Positions 18,853 to 27,357 of a DNA stretch of 39,564 nucleotides are shown one piece after another (the first letter of the stretch is position 1; each line of letters opens with the position of its first letter). The stretch lies in assembly GCA_965370645.1 (NCBI GenBank), contig CBDUVK010000002.1, forward strand, positions 1 through 39,564. The letters are read 5' to 3'. The notes below the pieces were generated by a model, which searched no databases, had not been told where the DNA came from, and saw only the letters and a list, made by a program, of their open reading frames with translations. The DNA is from an uncultured bacterium. GTDB lineage: Bacteria; Calditrichota; Calditrichia; RBG-13-44-9. The translations under genes were made by a program, and so were the position numbers.

Positions 18853-20466
18853 ATGTTAAGGAATAAAAAAACTCCCTATTATGTCTTAATTTTAATTGTT
18901 TTTTTTGGCATAATTGGAGTTTTGCTTAATCAAAATCTTCTGGCAGATTACGAGGAGTTATCCCGGCAACAGATTGATAAAGTACTCAGAGTGATGCAGC
19001 TTGTGAAGTATTATTATGTTGAAGAGGTTGAGTGGGATAAGGCTGTACAGGGTGCAATCAGTGGCATGTTGGCCGAGCTAGATCCACATAGTGTTTACAT
19101 CGAACCAAAACGTGTTGAACGAAATAAGGAAGATTTCAGTGGAAAATATGAAGGCATCGGAATTGAATTCGATGTGATTGATGGATACATCACTGTTATT
19201 TCTCCCATTGTCGGATCACCTGCCGATCAGCTGGGTCTGCAATCCGGGGATAGGATTGTGAAAATAGATGGAAAATCTGCAATTGGAATTAAACGTGAGG
19301 ATGTCCCTAAAAAATTAAAAGGACCTAAAGGGAGCACGGTGGAAGTAACGATTGTGCGGGAGGGAGTAAGTGAATCTTTTGATCTCACTATTATCCGGGA
19401 TGTCATCCCAATCTATACAGTGACCACAAGGTTCATGGCAGATGACAGCACAGGATACATCTGGGTAAATCGCTTTGCCGCAACCACCTCAAGTGAAACA
19501 GAAGAAGCAATTACCGAGCTGCTCAATAGTGGTATGCAGCGATTGGTTCTTGACCTGAGGTCGAATCCCGGTGGATATCTTCATGAAGCTGTCAAATTGG
19601 CGGGCAAGTTTATATCCGGACATCAGATAGTCGTTGAAACCCGGGGAAGAAACGAGCGGGTGGAAGAAAAATTTTACTCGGATCAATGGAACAGCCAGGG
19701 GAAATCCTATGACCTTCCTTTAATTGTGATGATTGACCGGGGATCCGCATCTGCTTCTGAAATCGTTGCAGGTGCGATTCAGGATTACGACCGTGGTTTG
19801 GTCCTGGGGACAAACAGTTTTGGAAAAGGCCTGGTTCAAAAAGAGTTTCCCCTCAATGACGGCTCTGCCGTTCGGGTAACCACCGCACGGTATTTTACCC
19901 CCAGCGGACGCTTGATTCAGCGCGATTATAAAGGTAAAAATGTTAAGGAGTACTATACCGAGGCGATGGACACCTCCTGGACCAGCGAGGACAGTTTATT
20001 AAATCGCCCTCAATTTCAAACGCGCGCTGGTCGCGTTGTTTACGGGGGTGGAGGTATTCGTCCGGATATTGTTGTTCCCTATGAAAGCTACAGTCGCTTT
20101 CCGAAAGTGATTGGTAAGATGTATAGTAAACGGGTTTTTTTCGATTTTGCCGATAAATATGCCTCTGCCCATACCGATTTGAAAACAAACCTGAGGGGAT
20201 ATACCAGAGACTTTAAAATTGATGATACTATCATTGAGGAATTTAAAGCTTTCTGTATAGACCGGGAGGTTGAATTGGATGAGAATATTTTTGAGAAAGA
20301 TCCTGAGTTTATTTCAGCTCGACTGAAGAGCGAGATTGCCAGACAATACTGGGACAAGGCCGGTTTTTATTTTGTCTGGTTACATTATGATAACCAATTC
20401 CTTGAGGCCCTAAGGTCTTTTGATGAAGCCAATAGAATTGCCATGCTCAATAAGGATGTGAGGTAA
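18853..20466 (+). CDS. ctp: S41-family carboxyl-terminal processing peptidase
   Basis: N-terminal membrane anchor. PDZ-like segment (GIGIEFDVIDGYITVISPIVGSPADQLGLQSGDRIVKIDG). Catalytic region (DLRSNPGGYL, GSASASEIVAGA, GTNSFGKG). AAGGAGG is the RBS. Confidence 0.9.
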   Translation: MLRNKKTPYYVLILIVFFGIIGVLLNQNLLADYEELSRQQIDKVLRVMQLVKYYYVEEVEWDKAVQGAISGMLAELDPHSVYIEPKRVERNKEDFSGKYEGIGIEFDVIDGYITVISPIVGSPADQLGLQSGDRIVKIDGKSAIGIKREDVPKKLKGPKGSTVEVTIVREGVSESFDLTIIRDVIPIYTVTTRFMADDSTGYIWVNRFAATTSSETEEAITELLNSGMQRLVLDLRSNPGGYLHEAVKLAGKFISGHQIVVETRGRNERVEEKFYSDQWNSQGKSYDLPLIVMIDRGSASASEIVAGAIQDYDRGLVLGTNSFGKGLVQKEFPLNDGSAVRVTTARYFTPSGRLIQRDYKGKNVKEYYTEAMDTSWTSEDSLLNRPQFQTRAGRVVYGGGGIRPDIVVPYESYSRFPKVIGKMYSKRVFFDFADKYASAHTDLKTNLRGYTRDFKIDDTIIEEFKAFCIDREVELDENIFEKDPEFISARLKSEIARQYWDKAGFYFVWLHYDNQFLEALRSFDEANRIAMLNKDVR

Positions 20467-20493
20467 TAAAGTAATTCGAATTATAAAAAAATA

Positions 20494-20522
20494 TTGACTT
20501 TAGATCATGTAATATGTAAAAT
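20494..20522 (+). promoter_or_regulatory. Sigma-70-like promoter for the exbB-exbD-exbD-tonB operon
   Basis: TTGACT, 17 nt, TAAAAT, about 60 nt upstream of the exbB start. Confidence 0.55.
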
Positions 20523-20582
20523 TTGGTATTATCAAACTTTAAATAATTTTCAAAACCAACCGAATTAGGAGGTCGAATCATC

Positions 20583-21191
20583 ATGGTTGAACTTTTCAAA
20601 CAAGGCGGCGATTTTATGTGGCCCATTTTGGTGTTTTTGATTTTTGGAATCGCAATCGGATTAGCAAAGGTTTGGACATTATGGCGTGCAGGGATCAACA
20701 CCAGGCGATTTATTGAAACAATAAGAACTGCATTGAAGGAAGGTGGAACAGAGAATGCCCTCGAAATCTGTGAGAATACCCGTGGTCCGGTCGCCTCAAT
20801 TTTCCATGCTGGACTGATTCGAGCCAAACAAGGTATTGATTATGTAGAAAAATCAATTACCAATGCCGGATCCATTGAAATGGCGTTTCTGGAAAGATGG
20901 ATGATTTGGCTGGGCTTCATTATTGTTATTGCTCCAATGCTTGGCTTTACGGGCACAGTATGGGGAATGATCATTGCATTTGATTCCATCCGAACCGCAA
21001 ATGATATCTCACCTGCTGTGGTTGCCGGTGGTATTTCCCAGGCACTTCTCACAACGCTTTTTGGATTGATCGTTGCGATGATTGTTCAGCTTTTCTATAA
21101 TTGGTCAACGGCTCGAATTGACAAGTTGATTATCGATATGGAAGAAGCCTCCGTCCACTTAGTTGATACCTTAGTTGAGATGGAAAAATAA
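20583..21191 (+). CDS. exbB: MotA/TolQ/ExbB-family proton channel protein
   Basis: Three transmembrane helices with the conserved LGFTGTVWGMIIAF segment. AGGAGG is the RBS. The gene lies directly upstream of two ExbD genes and TonB. Confidence 0.85.
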   Translation: MVELFKQGGDFMWPILVFLIFGIAIGLAKVWTLWRAGINTRRFIETIRTALKEGGTENALEICENTRGPVASIFHAGLIRAKQGIDYVEKSITNAGSIEMAFLERWMIWLGFIIVIAPMLGFTGTVWGMIIAFDSIRTANDISPAVVAGGISQALLTTLFGLIVAMIVQLFYNWSTARIDKLIIDMEEASVHLVDTLVEMEK

Positions 21192-21216
21192 TTAAACCAT
21201 TCAAAGAGGTTCGAAA

Positions 21217-21627
21217 ATGGCCATAAAAAGGAATAGAGAGCGCATGGAGCCGGATATACCCAGTGCCTCTTTACCAGATATTGTTTTTCAGCTGTTGATC
21301 TTCTTCCTGGTTACCACAACCATTGATGTTGATAAAGGCCTCGACCTGATTCTCCCCCCACCGGGTCAAGATGTTATTGAGATCAGAGAGAAAAATATTG
21401 CAAACGTTCTGATAAATGATGCTGGACAGATCCTTATTGATCAAGAAATTGTTACGGCAGAGGAAGTTGACAATATCGTCCGGGATAAATTGTTGGATAA
21501 TCCCAATTTGATCATCTCCCTAAAAACTTCACGTAAAACTAAATATGAAATTTATATTAAAGTACTGGATCAATTGAAAAGAGCCGGAGCAACCCGTATT
21601 TCCATTGCGGAACCAGAAGAAGCTTAA
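21217..21627 (+). CDS. exbD: ExbD/TolR-family biopolymer transport protein
   Basis: A single N-terminal transmembrane helix with LPDIVFQLLIFFLVTT. The length of about 135 aa fits the family. Confidence 0.85.
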   Translation: MAIKRNRERMEPDIPSASLPDIVFQLLIFFLVTTTIDVDKGLDLILPPPGQDVIEIREKNIANVLINDAGQILIDQEIVTAEEVDNIVRDKLLDNPNLIISLKTSRKTKYEIYIKVLDQLKRAGATRISIAEPEEA

Positions 21628-21676
21628 ATACATTAAATCATTAGATATGTCTTGCTAAGGTCAAAGGACTTTTACA

Positions 21677-22099
21677 ATGGCAATAATAATCGAAAAAAAG
21701 ACAAAAATGAAAATTGGTATTCCCACTGCTTCGATGCCGGATATCATCTTTCAATTACTGATATTTTTTATGGTCAGTACCGTATTGAGGGAATTCCAAG
21801 GATTAAAAGTATCTCTTCCTGAAGCATCCAAAATTGAAAAATTACCAACTAAGCGTCATGTAACTACAATCTGGGTAGATCGCTTTAATAATGCCGTCAT
21901 TGATGATGTTTCGATTAAAAAATTAACAGAGCTGCGCACCATTGTGTACAATAAGTTGGTGGATGATCCGCAGTTAATCGTTTCATTAAGAGTAGACAAA
22001 CGTGCCGATATGGGAATTGTAACGGACATCCAGCAGGAACTCAGGAAGGCACAGGCATTGAAAATTAATTACTCAGCGCTTTCAGCCCACGGAGGTTAG
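21677..22099 (+). CDS. exbD: ExbD/TolR-family biopolymer transport protein (second paralog)
   Basis: MPDIIFQLLIFFMVST transmembrane motif. About 140 aa. Confidence 0.85.
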   Translation: MAIIIEKKTKMKIGIPTASMPDIIFQLLIFFMVSTVLREFQGLKVSLPEASKIEKLPTKRHVTTIWVDRFNNAVIDDVSIKKLTELRTIVYNKLVDDPQLIVSLRVDKRADMGIVTDIQQELRKAQALKINYSALSAHGG

Positions 22100-22101
22100 C
22101 T

Positions 22102-22746
22102 ATGGCAAAACGTCAATTTATTTACAAAAATCCAGAAGTAGATCTAAAGCTAAAATTTCGACGGGTATTCGAAGCTTCACTTGTTGTGACATTGCTCATA
22201 ATTATTCTGTTTCTATACTCTTTTAAAAAGTTTGAGTCCGGGTATGTACTGGAGAAAGCGGTTGATGTGAAGATAGAAACCATCGAAATTCCACTAACTG
22301 AACAGATCAATCGTCCGCCCCCTCCTGCGCGACCTTCTATACCCATTGCATCTGAAGATGAAGATATTCCTGAAGAATTAACGATTGATGAAACTGAAAT
22401 CGATTTTACGAGGCCTCTGGATGACACACCACCACCACCGCCTGAAGGAGATGAACCGATTGTTGAGTTCTACGCACTATCGGATAAACCCGTAGTGATT
22501 AACCGGGTAGAACCGGCTTATCCCGATCTGGCCCGCAAGGCAGGTATTGAGGGTATGGTTGTCGTCAAGGTGCTCATCGGTACCAAAGGCGATGTTGAAA
22601 AAGTCGAAATTGTGAAATCACATCCAATGCTCGATGATGCGGCCATGAATGCGGCTAAGCAGTTTAAATTTAAACCAGGAAAACAGAGGGATCGTTTCGT
22701 AAAGGTTTGGATGACCATTCCTTTTACTTTTAGACTGAAGAAGTAA
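22102..22746 (+). CDS. tonB: TonB-family energy transducer
   Basis: N-terminal transmembrane helix. Pro-rich linkers (RPPPPARPSIP, TPPPPPEGDEP). TonB C-terminal domain (VEPAYPDLARKAGIEGMVVVKVLIGTKGDVEKVEIVKS...FKFKPG). The start lies 3 nt after the exbD stop. Confidence 0.85.
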   Translation: MAKRQFIYKNPEVDLKLKFRRVFEASLVVTLLIIILFLYSFKKFESGYVLEKAVDVKIETIEIPLTEQINRPPPPARPSIPIASEDEDIPEELTIDETEIDFTRPLDDTPPPPPEGDEPIVEFYALSDKPVVINRVEPAYPDLARKAGIEGMVVVKVLIGTKGDVEKVEIVKSHPMLDDAAMNAAKQFKFKPGKQRDRFVKVWMTIPFTFRLKK

Positions 22747-22767
22747 AGGGATTGAACATCTGGTTTG

Positions 22768-22802
22768 AAAAGCAGTGTTGATATCAGCACTGCTTTTTTT
22801 TT
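22768..22802 (+). terminator. Rho-independent terminator after tonB
   Basis: Hairpin aagcagtg...cactgctt followed by a T-run of 9 or more. Confidence 0.8.
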
Positions 22803-22836
22803 ATCTTTTCTATTGAAAGGGGTTTAAGGAACGGGA

Positions 22837-23427
22837 ATGTCGGATTATAAAATTAAAGAAGAACTTTATAAACGAACCTTAAAGATCGCACTGATTGCGT
22901 CTCTTCTTTTGTTGACAATCTTTTTTTATCTTTTTCCAAAATTCACAAAATTATCCAATCCTGAAAGTAAAACAATCGATATTAAAATATATGTGAGTGA
23001 TATCCCTAAGACCAATCAGAAAAAACAGGCCACGGTTCCTCCGCCGGCCAAACCATACGGCTTTATTCCCGTTCCTGCTGAGGAAGCGGATTTTCCGGAG
23101 GAGATCTCTTTATCTAAATTTCCCGGAACTGGGTTAAGCCAGGAAACTGTGGTCGGCATTGCACCCGAAATCCCACCAAAACCCATTTTGGAGGTCTATC
23201 CGACAGTTTCAGGACTCTCTTGCTCTGGATATATCCGTTTATTACTTTTGGTAAATAAAAATGGTGTTGCAGAATCAATTGAAATTATTGAGAATACTAC
23301 CCAATTAGACACCTGTTTAACCCTGGCCATTGAAGCGGCGAAAAAAAGTCGCTGGATTCCGGCAAAAGTTAGTAAAAAAGCTGTTGATACCTGGGTGACA
23401 AAGACATATAAATTTAATGTTAAATAG
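22837..23427 (+). CDS. Divergent TonB-like protein (transmembrane anchor, Pro-rich linker, TonB_C-like domain)
   Basis: Transmembrane helix (LKIALIASLLLLTIFFYLF). Linker VPPPAKPYGFIPVPAEE. The C-terminal ~80 aa match the TonB_C pattern only loosely (YIRLLLLVNKNGVAESIEIIENT...WIPAKVSKKAVDTWV). Confidence 0.5.
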   Translation: MSDYKIKEELYKRTLKIALIASLLLLTIFFYLFPKFTKLSNPESKTIDIKIYVSDIPKTNQKKQATVPPPAKPYGFIPVPAEEADFPEEISLSKFPGTGLSQETVVGIAPEIPPKPILEVYPTVSGLSCSGYIRLLLLVNKNGVAESIEIIENTTQLDTCLTLAIEAAKKSRWIPAKVSKKAVDTWVTKTYKFNVK

Positions 23428-23438
23428 TGAGCGGTATT

Positions 23439-24659
23439 ATGAAAATCGTTCTATTCGAAGATTCAGGTTTTAAGAATTTATTACCTTTAACTTATTTCAG
23501 GCCGGTATGGGAATTACGTTGCGGTATCTATGAACTGAAGGAAAAGGTAAAACATTATCTCCCAACCTCGGATTTATATTACTCTGCTCGCCAATATCTT
23601 ATGGATCACTATCTGTTACCGTCGACACTTTTATCACCCGGGTCAGGAGAAGAATACCTGTTTATCAATGGCCGGCTTTTAATGGGTGTTGATGACTCTG
23701 AAAAAATTCTCAGTATTCCAGAAAAAACTGTTTATGTCTCCGGAAACTCAATTGTGGCCTGGCGGGGCGATGGGCAATCTCCGGATAAATATTTGGATGA
23801 AGGATTGATACTGGATGAACCTCTCTTAAATGATTTTTCCCAACAGCAGGTGCACTTTCGCTTAATTGACTATCCATGGGATTTAATTGATTCCAACGGT
23901 GAGGAGATTGTCAACGATTGCCAAAAGAGTACCGGTTTTGGAAAATTGAATGGTCGAAATGGTCCTGGTGTTCATGTTCTTGGTAAGGATAATCTTTACT
24001 TGGCTGATTCGGTTCGTTTAATGCCTGGAGTTGTTATCGATGCGGAATCTGGTCCGGTTTGGATAGATGAAAATGTCCAGGTCTTGCCTCAAGCGGTTCT
24101 CCAGGGACCGCTGGCGATTGGCTCGGACTCTATGATAAAAGTGGGTGCCAAAATTTATAAAAATACATCTATTGGCCCGGTATGCAAAGTGGGCGGGGAA
24201 GTCGAAGAATCCGTTTTTCATAGCTATACGAACAAGCAACATGATGGATTTCTGGGGCATTCATACCTGGGTTCCTGGATAAATTTAGGAGCCGATACCA
24301 ATAATTCGGACCTGAAAAATAATTATAGTCCGATTTCGGTGATGCTGAACAAACATAAGATAGATACGGGCAAACGCTTTTTGGGCGCAATCATTGGAGA
24401 TCACTCGAAAACTGCAATAAATACGATGATTAACACCGGCACTATCATCGGAGTTTGTTCTAATATTTTTGGGGAGGGTTTCCCCCCCAAGAATATTCCT
24501 TCTTTTTCCTGGGGAGGTAGTTCCGGTTTTGTGAAATATGACTTTGATAAAGCTGTTGAAGTTGCCAGAATAGTTATGGAAAGGCGTAAAATTACCTTTT
24601 CGGATAATCATCTAAAATTATTCCATGCCGTAAAAGATCTCAGCGGTCAATTTGAATGA
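23439..24659 (+). CDS. GlmU-like putative sugar nucleotidyltransferase / left-handed beta-helix acyltransferase
   Basis: The C-terminal hexapeptide-repeat region is collinear with the GlmU acetyltransferase domain (LGHSYLGSWINLGADTNNSDLKNNY...IIGDHSKTAINTMINTGTIIG). The N-terminus is MKIVLFEDSGFKNLLPLTYFRP. I prefer the ATG at 23439 over the track's GTG at 23427. Confidence 0.65.
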   Translation: MKIVLFEDSGFKNLLPLTYFRPVWELRCGIYELKEKVKHYLPTSDLYYSARQYLMDHYLLPSTLLSPGSGEEYLFINGRLLMGVDDSEKILSIPEKTVYVSGNSIVAWRGDGQSPDKYLDEGLILDEPLLNDFSQQQVHFRLIDYPWDLIDSNGEEIVNDCQKSTGFGKLNGRNGPGVHVLGKDNLYLADSVRLMPGVVIDAESGPVWIDENVQVLPQAVLQGPLAIGSDSMIKVGAKIYKNTSIGPVCKVGGEVEESVFHSYTNKQHDGFLGHSYLGSWINLGADTNNSDLKNNYSPISVMLNKHKIDTGKRFLGAIIGDHSKTAINTMINTGTIIGVCSNIFGEGFPPKNIPSFSWGGSSGFVKYDFDKAVEVARIVMERRKITFSDNHLKLFHAVKDLSGQFE

Positions 24660-24675
24660 AAATTTTTACTCGGAA

Positions 24676-25626
24676 ATGAAAACACAATATACACTTGGTA
24701 TTGATATAGGAGGCACGACCATTAAATATGGTATCTGTTCCTCCGGTGGGAGATTGAGGGGACAAGGTGCAGTTCCTACCCCTGCAACGGCTCCGAAACA
24801 GGTTATTCTCAAAAAATTGAATGAAATTGTATCAGAAAATTTAATACTGGCCGAAAAAGAGAAGTTAACGATAGCTGCCATCGGTATAGGAACGCCCGGA
24901 AGTGTTGATATACACCAGGGCTATCTTATGGGAGGCACTCCCAATTTTAAATACTGGCGAAATGTTTCTATCGCGAAATTTGTGATGGATCGCTTTGATA
25001 TACCGGTGTTTGTTGATAATGATGCAAATCTGATGGCTTTTGGAGAATTCATGTACGGTGCCGGTAAAGATAAAAAAGATGTGATCTGTTTGACGTTGGG
25101 AACAGGTATTGGTGGGGGTGTTATCATAAATGGTGAAATCTACAGGGGGAGTTTTTTTGCCGGAGCCGAATTAGGTCACATGACTATCAACCATGCTGGT
25201 AAACCCTGCAATTGTGGTGGACGGGGTTGTTTAGAAAGATATGCCTCAGCAACAGCTGTGATCGAAGACTATAATCGAGAAAATCCATCAAATCCCGTGC
25301 GAGGGACGAGACGGATTTTTCAGTTAGCAGAACAGGGTGATTCTCTGGCACAGGGTGTCATTGATCGATTTGTCTCTTATCTGGCGGCTGGATTGGCAAA
25401 CATCACCAATATTTTTAATCCGGAAATGATCATCATTGGCGGCGGTGTTAGTGAGGCTGGCAAACAGTTTATTGAAAAAGTATACCAAGCCTGTCAGGAG
25501 AGAGCCATGCCGGTCAGTTTTAAGAATGTCGAGATTGTTGGCGCTACACTCGGAAATCGTGCCGGAATATTAGGGGCAGGAGCTTTTGCCCTGAACAGGC
25601 TCAATCCGGCCGGAACACTACCGTAA
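24676..25626 (+). CDS. ROK-family sugar kinase (glucokinase-like)
   Basis: ATP-binding motif LGIDIGGTTIKYG. ROK Zn/Cys motif GHMTINHAGKPCNCGGRGCLERYAS. The alternative TTG start at 24652 overlaps the upstream stop codon. Confidence 0.85.
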   Translation: MKTQYTLGIDIGGTTIKYGICSSGGRLRGQGAVPTPATAPKQVILKKLNEIVSENLILAEKEKLTIAAIGIGTPGSVDIHQGYLMGGTPNFKYWRNVSIAKFVMDRFDIPVFVDNDANLMAFGEFMYGAGKDKKDVICLTLGTGIGGGVIINGEIYRGSFFAGAELGHMTINHAGKPCNCGGRGCLERYASATAVIEDYNRENPSNPVRGTRRIFQLAEQGDSLAQGVIDRFVSYLAAGLANITNIFNPEMIIIGGGVSEAGKQFIEKVYQACQERAMPVSFKNVEIVGATLGNRAGILGAGAFALNRLNPAGTLP

Positions 25627-26516
25627 TGAGTGTTCATTTAAATCCCGGAGATGGCATTGGCCTGGTTGCACCTGCCGGGTATGTTGATCGCGATGCAATC
25701 CGAAAGGGAATGGATGTTCTATTAGCCTGGGGATTCCGTCTTAAAACAGCAGACCACCTTTTTGGCAAATATCGCCACTTTTCCGGAAAACTACAGCATC
25801 GTACAGATGATATTCATTTGATGTTGAGAGATGAAAGCATCCGGGCTATATATGCTGTCCGCGGCGGTTCAGGTTCCAGTCAGCTACTACCCTATCTGAA
25901 TTTTGATCTCTGGAAAGAATCTCAAAAACTTTTTATCGGATTTAGTGATATCACAGCACTTCAGTGGGCATTATGGCATAAAACCGGACTCCCGTCATGG
26001 TCGGGTATGACATTAACATCTCAGCTGCATAAAAAAAATCCCCATTCAGATCTGTTTTTAAATCAAATTTCCGCACGAGCCAATTCAATCTCTGCTAAAA
26101 ACCTGCATTCCGGGGATTTTGTGATAGCCAAAGCCGGCAGTGCCGAAGGAATTCTTCTTGGTGGAAATTTATCCATTATTATTAGTCTACTGGGTACCCC
26201 ATATTTCCCGATTATTAATCAGGATATTATATTCTATATTGAAGAGATTAATGAGCCACTGTACCGGATTGAACGTGCCATTGTACAACTTGGTCAGGCA
26301 GATTTTTTTAAGAATGTGAAAGGTTTGGTGCTGGGTAAATTTAAGTTTAAAAACCGCTACTTAGGGATTTGGTCTGCGGTTAAAGCATTCATTCCTGATG
26401 ATATTCCCATTGTTGTGAATTTTCCTTATGGTCACTTTACGAAGTCATGTGCACTACCCTTGGGGGTCAAATCCACTTTATCCACAAATCCTTTGAAAAT
26501 CGAATGGCAGTTTTAA
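25626..26516 (+). CDS. ldcA: LD-carboxypeptidase (peptidase S66, muramoyl-tetrapeptide carboxypeptidase-like)
   Basis: The nucleophile-Ser motif FIGFSDITAL, IEEINEPLYRIER and a C-terminal PYGH-type His region fit the S66 family. The ATG overlaps the upstream TAA by one base. Confidence 0.8.
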   Translation: MSVHLNPGDGIGLVAPAGYVDRDAIRKGMDVLLAWGFRLKTADHLFGKYRHFSGKLQHRTDDIHLMLRDESIRAIYAVRGGSGSSQLLPYLNFDLWKESQKLFIGFSDITALQWALWHKTGLPSWSGMTLTSQLHKKNPHSDLFLNQISARANSISAKNLHSGDFVIAKAGSAEGILLGGNLSIIISLLGTPYFPIINQDIIFYIEEINEPLYRIERAIVQLGQADFFKNVKGLVLGKFKFKNRYLGIWSAVKAFIPDDIPIVVNFPYGHFTKSCALPLGVKSTLSTNPLKIEWQF

Positions 26517-26646
26517 TTGGGAAATTATTTTAATGCTGGCCCAAGTGATTTTTTGAAGGGTGACAATTTTAAAATTTTCTTGAGAATGGAACAGATCTAA
26601 TCAGTTTTTCTCATATATAAGTTGTTATTTCTTTTATTCTTTACAT

Positions 26647-26675
26647 TTGACACATCAAAAAGTTAATGTTATATT
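26647..26675 (+). promoter_or_regulatory. Near-consensus sigma-70-like promoter for purN-purH and possibly the downstream genes
   Basis: TTGACA, 17 nt, TATATT, 26 nt upstream of the purN start. AAGGGTGG is the RBS. Confidence 0.6.
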
Positions 26676-26700
26676 TTTTGCTTAATTCAAGGGTGGTCAA

Positions 26701-27324
26701 TTGAAGAAAATTGGGGTATTTGCTTCCGGAAGAGGAAGTAATTTTGTCAAAATATATGAAAATATTGAGAAAGGCGAGATTTCGGCAGAAGTTTGTTGTC
26801 TGATCACCGATAATGCTTCTGCTGCCGCAATTGATTTTTCAAAAACTGCAAATATTCCTACCTACGTTGTTCATCCGAAAAATTTTTCTAATTCTGTCGC
26901 ATTTGGTGAAGAATTACTAAAGATTTTAAAAAATAATGCGATAGAATGGGTAGTTCTGGCAGGATATCTTAAAAAAATACCGGAAAATGTTGTAAAGGAA
27001 TACTCAAATCGAATCATTAATATTCATCCCGCCTTGCTTCCCTCCTTCGGGGGAAAGGGCATGTATGGCCTGAATGTTCATGAGGCGGTTTTTAATTCCG
27101 GAGCTAAAATCAGTGGTGTTACTATTCACCTTGTTAATGAAATATATGATTCAGGCCCTATTGTTATGCAGGAATCAGTAAATATAGAGTCATGTAGAAA
27201 ACCTGAAGAGATTTCCAAGAGAGTCTTACAGGTGGAGCACACACTTTATTCAAAAGCTCTCCAAAAATTATTAACCACTCCATTTCAGATATCCCTTAAC
27301 AGGGTGGAATTTAAGGAGATATGA
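26701..27324 (+). CDS. purN: Phosphoribosylglycinamide formyltransferase
   Basis: MKKIGVFASGRGSNF N-terminus, the INIHPALLPSFGGKGMYG motif, and a catalytic Asp context (IYDSGPIV). TTG start. Confidence 0.9.
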   Translation: MKKIGVFASGRGSNFVKIYENIEKGEISAEVCCLITDNASAAAIDFSKTANIPTYVVHPKNFSNSVAFGEELLKILKNNAIEWVVLAGYLKKIPENVVKEYSNRIINIHPALLPSFGGKGMYGLNVHEAVFNSGAKISGVTIHLVNEIYDSGPIVMQESVNIESCRKPEEISKRVLQVEHTLYSKALQKLLTTPFQISLNRVEFKEI

Positions 27325-27357
27325 GAGAGACCAGATTTTACTCTCCAAAATTAAATT

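Noticed and set aside
26517-26700. Possible purine or ZTP riboswitch upstream of purN-purH
   Set aside because: The promoter sits only about 26 nt from the start codon. I could not see the conserved purine-riboswitch junction or the pfl/ZTP motif.
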